A stretch of 41,249 bases of DNA from Octopus bimaculoides (Eukaryota). The first letter of the stretch is position 1. Each line of letters begins with the position of its first letter. A program made the translations under genes and the position numbers. Below, in pieces: positions 1-11,000 of this stretch. The stretch is from NCBI RefSeq assembly GCF_001194135.2, contig NC_068991.1:25947220-25988468 (forward strand). Direction: 5' to 3'. The notes below the pieces were generated by a model that was not told the DNA's origin, ran no database searches, and saw only the letters and a program-made list of their open reading frames with translations.

Positions 1-21
1 CTTGGAACAAAATCCTTTGTT

Positions 22-56
22 TTCTTCTTCTTCTTCTTCTTCTTCTTCTTCTTCTT

Positions 57-87
<31 letters not shown>

Positions 88-107
88 TTATTATTATTAT
101 TATTATT
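22..107 (+). repeat. Compound microsatellite (TTC)n(TTA)n
   Basis: About 21 TTC units followed directly by about 7 TTA units, read from the sequence. Confidence 0.97.
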
Positions 108-519
108 TACTGCTGAACACGACTTACGTATTTTCGAAGGCTCGAAACAAGTCTTGTTTAAAACTTTAGTTTACAACCGTTTGTGGCTCTTGGTTTTCAT
201 TTAAACAGTGTTCCAGTTTCTTATTAGAAATACTAGAGACCTAGCATCGGGCTCCTGTGTTTGTTTAGCTCCTGGCGGGGCTATATTTGGCCCAAAGGAA
301 TTTGGTGGGTGTTTCAATACAATATAAATAAACAAGATGACGGAACGCATCTTGTCTGATTTAAGAAAAAAACTTCCTCTCCTAAAAAAATTTTGTGAAT
401 GCTGAAAATTTCCCTCCTCATCCCTCAGCTACTGATAACATTACCGGAGATGTGGAGGAGAAAAGGAAGCCCACCAAAGTTCAAAGTCCACCTCATAGTG
501 ACAACAATGAAACATGGGC

Positions 520-712
520 AGTGAGAGTGAATGCAATGATAACGGCGTCGGCGGATACATGCTTAACTGTTTATGGTCAAACAACTGACAAGCAAATCTG
601 TGGTATTGAACAGAATATTTGCTGTAGCCTATCTTTTTTTACCACGACAAAACAATATACATAACAGTTCCAATCAGTTAAGATCAAAAGCCATGAGAGC
701 CAATGCCTGGTA
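520..712 (-). mobile_element. Decayed SINE-like interspersed repeat fragment, family unassigned; may extend to a tail near 262
   Basis: Minus strand reads ...ggctctcatggcttttgatcttaactgattgg...ctacagcaaatattctgttcaataccacagatttgcttgtcagttgtttgacc. I recall this as an abundant octopus repeat body but have not verified it. It lies where the R4 element breaks off. A possible tail (ggagctaaacaaac) lies near 262-280. Confidence 0.35.
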
Positions 713-718
713 CTACAA

Positions 719-760
719 AGGCAGCGAGCTGGCAGAATTGTTAAGCGTGCAGGACGAAAT
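719..760 (+). mobile_element. 5' head fragment of a tRNA-derived SINE (same family as 24191-24361)
   Basis: ggcagcgagctggcagaattgttaagcgtgcaggacgaaat aligns to ggcgagctggcaggatcgttagcacgccggacgaaat at 24193. It abuts the broken end of the R4 element. Confidence 0.75.
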
Positions 761-2960
761 ACCGTGTCACCCCTCTCACCACACATTCTGGATTTGTTGC
801 TTTTGGTAGTGTTGTCTATTCTGCGGTTCAAATAATTGGTCATTAACGCTTGTTGGTGAGCTGCGCATATGAATGCTTCTGTCTTTATCTTCAGGTCACT
901 CCTTCTCATTCATAGCCACCGGTCCCCTGTATCTGTCTTGGCGTTCTCGTTTCTGGCAAACTGACCGTACATTTTCTTTTTCTTCCATGCTTTTTCATTG
1001 TATTTTGTTAATTTCTTGTTTAAATTTTTCTTTCGTTACATAATATTCAGTTTTGATGACGCCGGCCTTCTTTATGTTTCAGCAGTGTCCCCACCCTAGG
1101 CTGCTTTTCTCTACTGCGATACAGACCTGGCAACTGATAAACCCTCTCCCACCCTTCCTTCAGGACAAGTACAGCCTATCGGTGTCAATTCGTTTACAAT
1201 TTTTTTTTTGTATCAATAGTTGATCTTTGGTATCTCTGCATCTCCTTCTGCAATCATTTTGCTCCGGCTGTAATATATCTTTCTCTTCAAGAAATTTATA
1301 CAGTTCTTCTGCAATTCCACATTAACAGGAGGCAGGAAATTGATCTGTAATATTCAGCAGCATTTCACTTTTATGCATCCTTCAGGTACAACAACATTCG
1401 TCCTTTTGTCAGCCAGTCCGGGATTTCTTCTGTATTGATTAATGCATTAAATTACTCTGCGATCAAATTATGGCAACTACTGAACATTTTTATTAAAAAT
1501 CCCTGCACACCATCTGGTCCTGTTGCTTTCCAATTGCTATCATTTTACCCATATTTCTGATACTGTCGTCTATGAAGTGGATAACGTCTTGCTGTGGATA
1601 AGAAGCTGTTTGCTTCAGGCTGCAGAGCCATTCAGCTGTAGTATTATGTTGTTCTTGCTTACTCCATATCTTACTCAAGAAAAGTCGACTTTCATCAGCA
1701 TCAGAGACTAATCTTACCCGTTTTTTATCATCATTAATCTCTTGATAAAATCTTTTTTGGCCGGTTTTAAACAATGTATTTTGCCAGTATTGCTTAATCC
1801 AGTGTTCAAACCTAGTTAGGTTCGCTTATTTTGCATGTATGCACTGCTTCAGTTCTTCAATTACAATATTCAGAGCTTTTGCATTTACACCATACTTCTT
1901 CCTAACTTTTACGAATTTCCATTCATTCTTAAGTTCTCCATTTCTTTTCCTGACAAGTATTGACACTACACTGCTGAAGGAGTTTATAATTTTCAGAAAT
2001 ACTCCTTTTCCAACATGGTTGTTTATTTCGTCTTGTATCCGTCGCTATTCTGTTCTCAGTACTTCTCAATCCCATCCTTTCCATTGCAATCCTACTAGCA
2101 GCCTTGATAAGATTTTTTGTTTGTGTGATGTTCCTTGTTTCAATGTGTCTCAGTACATTATTCGTCTCTTGATTTAGTATTCATTAGTTATCCTTCTTGA
2201 AGTCGCACATAAATTCTATCCCTCCTGTATTTAATTAATCCTAAATTCTGATATAACTAATCGAACTTCATTGTTTGTAATCCTAAATTCTGATATTATT
2301 AATCAACCTTCATTGTTTGAGTAGTCACTGATCTCAATTCATTCACGATTTATGGTATTATATTCTTGCGATCAATTGTCCATCTCTTCCACTATACCAC
2401 TTTCTTTTCTCGCATGCCCAACCTCACTTGATATCCTTCTTTTAATAACTTCTATCTCCTATTCCGTTAACCATTCATTCTTTCGTATTGCTCGTGCTTG
2501 GTAACATAATCTGTTCAGTGATTTCGAACTGATCTATTGCCTTCCTTTCACTGTGCATTCGTTTTCTGTACCCTCTGACAGGCACGCCATTCGCATCCAC
2601 TGATATGCTCCGGTAGTAATATTCCATAACTATCATGTTTACCTGATTACTCCACATATATTTGCTCCTATTATATTGACAAGGAGGAAAGGGAAAAAAT
2701 TTAAACCAAACACGCATTGACTGCAGGTATGTGAGCAAATGAAAACGATATTGGGTGATGTGGAAAATAAGGGGAGAGGTGTAGTCTGACACAACTGATG
2801 GTCAGCAGTGTGAAGTTAATGTATCGTAGGACGTTGTACTGGCAGTAATCAGGCAATCCCTTGAAGAATATTTCTGCTGAGTACCGAAATATTAAAATGA
2901 TTACTTCATCCGCTGACAATTCATTCCTGAATTGTGACTTCTTCGGGAGTGAAGGTAGAT
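760..2960 (-). mobile_element. Decayed R4/Dong-clade non-LTR retrotransposon with the RT core deleted and the 3' end lost
   Basis: Frameshifted motifs occur in the expected order. N-terminal WSNQVNMIVMEYYYRS..VDANGVPVRGYRKRMH (~2660-2560); FKTGQKRFYQEI..DADESRLFLSKIWS..HNTTAEWL (1770-1630); NWKATGPDGVQGF (~1535-1497); IPDWLTKGR..YRSISCL..KDQLLI; DTDRLYL..GGRG; RSDLKIKTEAFICAAHQQALMTNY and RMCGERGDTV (zinc-knuckle start, ~790-760). The 5' boundary is approximate. Confidence 0.9.
2237..2320. repeat. 42-bp tandem duplication inside the R4 element
   Basis: aatcctaaattctgatataactaatcgaacttcattgtttgt followed by aatcctaaattctgatattattaatcaaccttcattgtttga; 37/42 identical. Confidence 0.9.
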
Positions 2961-3536
2961 GCAATTCCAGGTTGATTAGATCAATTAAATCTATATCCTA
3001 ATCGTCCAGGTTTATTTTATCGTCAGTTTTCTGAAAATTGGGGAGCTAGTCACTTATACCTATCATTCTTGAAATTGCTAATATAAATATATGTAATAAA
3101 AGACTGCTAAAATAACAAATTAGTAGTTAATAACTTAACATAAATTTCTCAAATTTAAATTACTTGATTATCCTTGCAATCTGAATCAATTTCAAAATTC
3201 ACCTCTTTGTTTTCGCAAGAAAACGACTAAGGCCAAGGTAGGAGTGTCAACAATGGAAAACTGATATTTGGTCTACGGCATGAAGCGAATTCCAAGAAGG
3301 GGCAGGCAGATTTGAAGAACCACTAGCAATACTAACGAAATAATGTCATGATCCTACGTTAGTTTTTTTGACAGAATCCTGATTGTTTAATTGACTGAAA
3401 GGTGCAATGGTAAGGGAACATGAAAAGAAAGATATAAATTATAAAGGAATTAAGGAATCGGACGGAGCACAAGACTATTAATGTTCAGCGCTTCCACTAG
3501 AAGTGATATACATGAATACACACATACAATAATAAT

Positions 3537-3553
3537 ACATACATACATACATA

Positions 3554-3588
<35 letters not shown>
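3537..3588 (+). repeat. (TACA)n(TA)n microsatellite
   Basis: Read directly from the sequence. Confidence 0.95.
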
Positions 3589-3591
<3 letters not shown>

Positions 3592-3782
3592 GGGATATAG
3601 CTAAATTCACACTTCTCTATAAGCATGATATTTAACTTCGGAATAGTTGTAGAGCAGTGTAAAGCTTCGTCATAGATATGGTAGATCCATCTGAGATAAA
3701 AAAAAACCCAAAGCTGAGTAGAATAACAAATACAAAATCCATAATTGAGCAGAAAGGAGGCTGCATGCTTGGCATTGTTATA

Positions 3783-5071
3783 GTAGGCTGTGTGGGAAGT
3801 TCCGAGCGTTTATTAGGTAAAACTTTTAACGCTTCATTAAACACTCCTGAAACGTAACACAGTTAAAACTTTGGCGTTTCTTGAAGTGATAGTGCATCTC
3901 TTCTTTGTTCCTGACTAAAAATAGATATATCTTTCGTTCCGGTTACCATTTATCGACATTTGAAATGTATAACGAAAAATTTCATATTCGCTTTGTAATG
4001 CGTTTCTTTTTCCAAAAAAAAAAAAAGAAGGAAACTAATGCTGCATAGACTTGCAACAAGATTGGTGGAGTTTATAGTAATGATGCCTATAGGTGAATCA
4101 ACTGTTTGAAGGTGGTTTGCAAAATTTAAATCTGCAGAGTTTAGCTATGAAGAAGACAGTCGCGATGGAAGACCTTCAAAATTGTAAGAAGATGTTATGA
4201 AGGCAAATATCGAAGAAAGGTAAATTATCACAACTAGAGAACTTGCAGAGGAGTTGGAAGTTTCTAAAAGTATGGCTGATGAACACCTAGTGAAGCTAGG
4301 ATACATTTCTCGCTATAATGTATGGGCCCCTCACAAACTCTCAGAAAAGAATTGCTTGGAACGGTATTCCGCTTGTGATAACCTTTTGAAACGGAATGAA
4401 AGCATGCCTTTTCTGAAACAACTTGTGACTGGAAATGAAAATTGGATTGTTTGCGAAAACGTAGTGCGAAATAGATCCTGGAATTTGTGTAAGGATCCCC
4501 AAAATACCAACCATATACGAATATTCATGCCAAAAAAGCTATGCTTTGTGTTTGATAGGATCATAAAGGCATTACTTATTATGAACTTCTCTCACATAAA
4601 CTGACTATTAATTCTGATATGTACTGTCGTCAGCTGGCTAACTAGAGCCAAAAGAATTGAGGCCGAAGATTGCCAACAGGAAAGGAGTAGTATTCCAAAA
4701 AGACAATGCCCGACGACAAGTATGTTTGGCTACCCGAACAAAGTTACATAAACTTGGCAGGGATCTCTTACTCCATCCACCATATTCTGATTGTGCAGCG
4801 TCCGATTACCACTTGTTTTTGTCTCAACAAAACTCATTGCAAGGGAAAACATTTAACGATTTAGATGGAGTCAAGACGCATCTAGATAAAAAATTTTTCT
4901 TCAAAACCAGTCAACTTTTATGCTGATAGAATATTTACATTGCCTGATAGATGGACAAAGGTCATCAATGATAGAGAAAATTATTTCATTGAATAAAAGT
5001 TTTTGAAAAGTCAATTATTTATATCCCTTTTTGCATATTAAAAAATGCTCAAAACTTTCCGGACAACCAAT
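3783..5071 (+). mobile_element. Full-length decayed mariner (DD34D) transposon, about 1.29 kb
   Basis: Imperfect TIRs: TA-gtaggctgtgtgggaagttccgagcgttt at 3781 versus aaatgctcaaaactttccggacaaccaat-TA ending at 5073. The transposase pseudogene runs ~3965-4996 with WAPHKL, VTGNENW, KDNARR, HPPYSDCAASDYHLF and LPDRWTKVI. Confidence 0.93.
3965..4996 (+). pseudogene. Mariner transposase pseudogene with multiple stops and frameshifts
   Basis: Starts MYNEKFHIRFVMRFFFQK. ORFs 4254-4604 and 4657-4926 carry the WVPHEL-like, TGDEKW-like, HDNARPH-like and YSPDLAPSD-like motifs. Confidence 0.9.
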
Positions 5072-6028
5072 TAGTTGCATCCGACTTTTTATAATTACTG
5101 TATCGATGACGGAAGAAATAGTATGTTACAGTTTGGTGTAACCGTTACCGCTACAGGGTCTGCTACGGTTGGAAATTGGTGAAACCGATTTTTTTTTTTG
5201 TTATAGTGATTGAGGTATTCGTTTGCAGTGCAAGCTGTCTGCAAGGTATTATTTAAAAAAATAAATCTTCAAAGTTGTACTGCCGTGTTTTCTTATTGGA
5301 TATCAATAGCATTTACTAGACGTAGGATAAACTAACATCGATTCTCACGAAGGTTCTAAATTATTTGTAGAAAATTGTTATCCAAAATCAGCAGAATAAA
5401 TAATTAATTACTTCGGCAGACAACAATTTAACTTCTTGGCTGCAAGATATTTAGATTGAATATTATATTTCAATGATGTCTGTAGGCGGAACGAACGAAA
5501 TTCGTTGCATGGTGAGGAGGACAGCACAAAGAACGATTGGTTACCATATGCTTCAAGAGAAGAGGCTGTTTTGCTGGGTTATTTTGTAATATATTTAAGA
5601 ATGGCATTCACTTAATCAAACTATTACTTCATGACAACGACTACAAGACATTATCATCGTTTCGCATATTATTCCATACTCGCATACTCGTGCCGCCGAA
5701 AATGCTGAGAACTTTGTTAGTGATAGAACATCAAAACAACGGGAGAAACAATTGATAAATAACAGTCATCTAAATGTATGTACATACACAGAATTGAAAA
5801 CGTGAATATTCAGATACGGTTGTAACATCGCGGCTTAAAATGTTACAGCCTACATCATATGCATATATAAGTATGCATATATATATATATATATANNNNN
5901 NNNNNNNNNNNNNNNNNNNNNNNNNNNNNNNNNNNNNNNNNNNNNNNNNNNNNNNNNNNNNNNNNNNNNNNNNNNNNNNNNNNNNNNNNNNNNNNNNNNN
6001 NNNNNNNNNNNNNNNNNNNNNNNNNNNN

Positions 6029-6069
<41 letters not shown>

Positions 6070-6082
6070 TATATATATATAC
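6029..6082 (+). repeat. (CA)n(TA)n microsatellite at a gap edge
   Basis: Directly visible. (TA)n lies on the other side of gap 5896-6028. Confidence 0.95.
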
Positions 6083-6231
6083 ATTAAGGTATGAATTAAA
6101 AGCAGCCCTAGTTATGTAAACATTATCGGTCGAACATACATAGTGTATATATTTTGTTTATACGCAACATTTCCTTCCGGAGAACGTCCGGGGTAAAATC
6201 TCAAACTACGCCGAATATTAATTAACTCTTG

Positions 6232-6738
6232 ATCCGAGTACATAATATGTATAAGTCACAATAATGACGATACCTCGGTATCTACCATTGTCGGTGATTC
6301 TGAGGAGAGTTGTTCCACCTCCTCACTGGCATTCAGGTGCTCTTGAACAGTCGGCGTCTTTGGGGATATTTTCCCGGACGCTATCGCGCAGCAAATTTGA
6401 CGTATAAACAAAACACACACACTACGTATGTTCAAACGATAATGTTTACATTATTAAAACCGCTTTTAATATTCGTAATTTAATGTTCTTTCCCATGCGC
6501 TACGCCACAACGCGTCAGTAAATAAACATCACTCTATTTACATAAAGTCATCGGCCAGCTATTCAATTCATTCCGTGATAGTCCACGTACATGGCATTCG
6601 TAAGTCGCAATAATGGTGAAATATCAGTATTTATCATTCTCGGTGTTTTCAAGGCGAGTTGTCTCTCCTGTTGCATGACATTTAAGTGTCCTATAACATC
6701 CGGCGTCGTTTGGACACAATCCCGCAGCAAATTTCGCG
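6232..6738. repeat. Diverged direct repeat pair (6232-6402 and 6581-6738)
   Basis: Both copies share an exact CGCAGCAAATTT and a 129-nt gap-free alignment at about 67% identity (hand count). Confidence 0.8.
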
Positions 6739-8128
6739 TGACCGACGTGGAGCGCATTGTGTTTTATCATACGTAAGATAATTTCCATAATATATTCCTG
6801 TGATTATTCTTTTGAAAATTCTAGACATTTATTCTCCTTACTGAATGTGTTCGTCTCTTTTGTTCCTCTGCTCAAATATTACATACAACCTTCATCAAGA
6901 AAATTATGCCCCGGTGTGTAATCTCAACTAATTGCAATATATCCTCCCAAATAATAAAATTTTCAATATTTCGGAGTCCGTATATACAACAACATACTAA
7001 TACATTGAAAATTCAATTACGAATGAATACATAATTACTTAATTTAAAAGAGAATGTTAGGAAACACGATCTGTTTTACGACGGTGAAAAACAACAGCAT
7101 TGAAATATTAATATCTATTTTATGCACAAGATCTCGTAAATCAAAAGAATCTACGCGGTGTTATGCATAAAATTAATATTATATATTTAACCGAAATCGG
7201 TCAAAATCATGGACATGTGCAATTACGCTATCTCCTAATTAGGTTAACCACATATATGCTTGCATAATTTATTGCTGAATCACACAGTAGTGGATATATG
7301 TCATCGTTTAGAGAAGAAAGCTAGGTGTGTCTCATCAAAGCAGAGGTCAGCGTGCCATGAAATTGTCCCTCACGCGACTCCCGCCTTTCTTTCGTACATC
7401 AGCAGCTTAGAATGAATATAATTACATTTTTATTTCACCCACAGTGAGGTTTTGCGATGTTGGAAATTATTTTAGTTCTGGTGACATCATATTTCATGGC
7501 TTGCAATCTACTTTACATAAACAAAAATGCAAAAATAAAAATACTAAGATAAGTGGTGTACGAAAGGATGAAAATCTGAATTTCGAAAATAGGTCATGCT
7601 TATCTATAAAATATCATATAAATCTTAATTCTTGGTCCATAGATAACTTTAGGAATACTGAATTTCGATCCATCAAGAAATTTTGGATTATACCAAGAGT
7701 ATATACTTTTTTATTTAGTTACAAGGATTATTATATTAGCGATTCATGCATGGAACATCTGCGTACGTGGTCAGTTCATTTCCTATAAACAGTATTACAA
7801 TTTATTCAGATCAATCCATATTGTTTCAAACAAGGAAAGTGAGTTATTAAGCTCGTAATATATAAATGTATATGATGTTGAAGGTTCTATAAACTCTGAT
7901 CGTAAGTCTTCTTACTGATAGCCGAGGTGGAAATAAAGAACTAAACATAAAATGTAGTATAGAAAGCTTTGTAATAAAGCTATGTGATATCCTTCTATTG
8001 AAGATACATATTTTCAGACAAACGAAAGAGCTGATGAGGAAAAGTTCCAGAGGAGGGGATTTGCCGAGAAGAACCGTTTTTCAAGGTTTTTGATACTGAA
8101 TATTAAAGACTGCTTGAACGTTTGAGCT

Positions 8129-8129
<1 letters not shown>

Positions 8130-8159
<30 letters not shown>

Positions 8160-8197
8160 GTAGTAGTAGAAGAAGAAGAAGAAGAAAAAGAAGAAGA
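8130..8197 (+). repeat. Compound trinucleotide repeat (CAG)n(TAG)n(GAA)n
   Basis: Read directly from the sequence. Confidence 0.95.
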
Positions 8198-10219
8198 CAT
8201 TATAAGAGAGTGCATCACGATTATGACCTAAATTTGATAAGCATTATTGAATAATTACCATTTCAGTATTTCAGAATAAAGAAAGAATGCATATGAATGT
8301 GTAATTATTGGATATTTCTATATTTGTGATTATTGTTCTCGCTTTGACCTACATCATGGTCATATAGTGCGAGTTCATATAATTTCTTGAGCTTAATTTT
8401 AATTAATACACAATGTCTCAACAATGCAATGCCAACTTGGCAATTTCATCGATTGAAATGTAATGTAACAAAGAAGATATGCATCAGGTTAATTGGTTAA
8501 TTTAACACTATTCACATACAAATATTGCAATCATATATATCTGTGAAGATAATAACTGCGCTCCATAGTCTTACGTATTAGAGCAGTGTGCCCTCTTGAT
8601 AATCAAATATCGAAATGTGATACGAAAGTGCAAACGCAAAATATTACTTTTGTTTTATTTTTGCTTGGTTTTCAAAATTATATTTCTAACCTGTTTTCTC
8701 GTGAGTTTTCTAATCGTTTATAAGTATTAATCATTCAGTTGAAATTTAATTCTGGTAATATCATTGCACTTATTTCAACTTTTGTTAAGTAAAGAGTTTT
8801 AGTTCAAGGATAGTATTCAATGACTTTTGAAAAGGAAATGTAAGAAAAATAAATTGGATAAAAAAAAATTGCTACAGTCTTAATTTAAAACAAAAAACAA
8901 AACAACAATTCTATACTTTTGCAAACTGTAATTTTAGATCCATTCCTGAGTGTTGTTATAGCAGCCATATCTGAAATGATACTTTCAGTACATTTTCGCT
9001 GTTTCCTCAGAAATTAAAACGGTGAAACTGGAGATACATCCTCTTCATTAATGAAATATTATTTATCATTATGAGATCATCCAAAAAAAAAAAAAAAAGG
9101 AAAAGAAAATCGAAATGTTGACTTATATTTCGCATGATTATTGACGTAAGCAAATGTCATTAGATTCGCACCTATATCGAAGCCATTATTTGAATAAAAT
9201 TTGTCCGAGATGTAGTTGCCCAAAAGAAGGTGTAAAGCGAATATTGTTGTTGTTGATCTTGCTATTTATTCTCATGTCGGAGTTGACTGAATATATTTTT
9301 CATCAAAAAGGCTTTCTAGCCATGATCATCACGTCTATCTAGTGATATAGCTAGCACCACTTTTAGACTGTGTGTATCTACCTTTGTTTGAGAGGGAAGA
9401 GTTTGATTGAAGACTGCTTTGATTGCTATGTCTTGAAAATTGAGTGACCGCACATTTCATATCAGAGTAATCTACTCGTGGACATGTTTTAAAGCTAAGA
9501 AGACCTCCATTCCGAGTGTTTCCACATCGCACTGAGAACCAGATCTGAATTTTAAAGTTCTGCCGTATACATACACAAAGGCAACCATACCTGTACGCAA
9601 ATGTTCAGTCAAACAACCATATATACAAGCATACACATTATATCAGACAGTCTTCGATGACCAGTTATTCTATACTTGATGTTTAATGCTTCTATTGTTG
9701 AGATTCCATCAGTGATATGACAAGGTATTAATAGACACTCTTTAAATTAAATTCATGCATTCACTGATATATCCTGTAATACGAATAATAAAGACTAACA
9801 CACATTCCCTTTGGTTGAATGTCAGTTTATTATTCAGAAGCTCCATATGAAAATAATTGATATTACAGCCTAAATATTGCCTTTCCATATACCAAATTAA
9901 ATAGTTTCGTTGATGATATATATATTTCATTAATGTGTTACATATTTCATGATTTTCTACGTCATCATAATTTAAATAAGGATTTTTCTGAAATTGCTTA
10001 GAGAGTAAGAATGATATTTCACATTTATTACTTTCCATACTTCTTTGAAGCTATTCCGCTTACTTTACAATCTTCAGAACTTTACAAATATCTCTCCTCT
10101 CGCCGTAGTCAAAAAATTATCAGTGTTTCAAAACCAGAGCCTACGTTGCTTCGATTTCAGATCCACCATAAATTTACTACAGATAATTTCATATCAACCG
10201 ACAATAGTCTTCAAATATG

Positions 10220-10616
10220 TTTGTTGTTGGCACTCCGTCGCTTACGACGTGGAAGGTTCCAGTTTATCCGATCAACGGAACAGCCTGCTCGTGAAATTAA
10301 CGTGCAAGTGGCTGAGCACTCCGCAGACACGTGTACCCTTAACGTAGTTCTCGGGGATATTCAGTGTGACACAGTGTGACACAGTGTGACAAGGCTGATC
10401 CTTTGAATTACAGGCGCAACAGTAACAGGAAGAAAGGGTGAGAGAAAGTTGTGGTGAAAGAGTACAGCAGGGTTCGCCACCATCCCCTGCCGGAGCCTCG
10501 TGGAGCTTTAGGTGTTTTCGCTCAATGAACACTCACAACGCTCGGTCTGGGAATCGAAACCGCGATCATATGACCCCGAGTCCGCTGCCCTAACCACTGG
10601 CCCATTGCGTCTCCAC
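10220..10616 (-). mobile_element. Full-length tRNA-derived SINE with an 11-bp target-site duplication
   Basis: Minus strand begins gtggagacgcaatgggccagtggttagggcagcggactcg (A-box) ... ggtttcgattccc (B-box) and ends gacggagtgccaacaacaaa. CTTCAAATATG flanks both sides (10209-10219 and 10617-10627). Confidence 0.93.
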
Positions 10617-10849
10617 CTTCAAATATGAGTAACGGTTATAACATCCACTTTAATAAAACATGTAATTTCTCTTTGGCTAGTCAAACGAATACTAGAGACT
10701 GCAGAGTAATCAACGGCGAGTCAAGTTCTACATCATTTCTATTCACGAAGATCCAACGTAGAACAGCTGGGCTTCCATACAGCTTTCTAGAAATAGGAGT
10801 CAATGCCGTCTAAAGTTAAACCTCACGGTCTTAAACAAAGAATGAAGGA

Positions 10850-11000
10850 AATATGCTAATATGGTGCTAGATATATTTGTAAAAAGAACCTGATAGTCAT
10901 GGCTGAAATGCTTTTGATCATAAATAGTTGGAATGGGTGGTCACGGTTGGAATGCTCTTGATCATACTGAGGCTGGGATGTTGCTAAGTAACAACAACAT
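10850..11000 (+). mobile_element. Possible 3' fragment of a SINE-like repeat
   Basis: gtcatggctgaaatgcttttgatcata...ggtcacggttggaatgctcttgatcata is internally duplicated and ends gctaagtaacaacaaca. It resembles a recalled octopus repeat tail; unverified. Confidence 0.3.

Noticed and set aside
22-107. (TTA)n/(TTC)n as the 3' tail of the R4 element at 760-2960
   Set aside because: Sequence 108-520 shows no R4 endonuclease or C-terminal motifs, so the tract is not demonstrably linked to the element.
8031-8052. Hammerhead-like CTGATGA-GGAA-aag-TTCC
   Set aside because: The required GAAA after stem II is absent (AGAG), and no stems I or III were found.
10540-10616. tRNA gene calls at SINE heads (also 24191 and 28724)
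   Set aside because: A/B boxes are followed by SINE bodies and tails; there is no complete cloverleaf or Pol III terminator.
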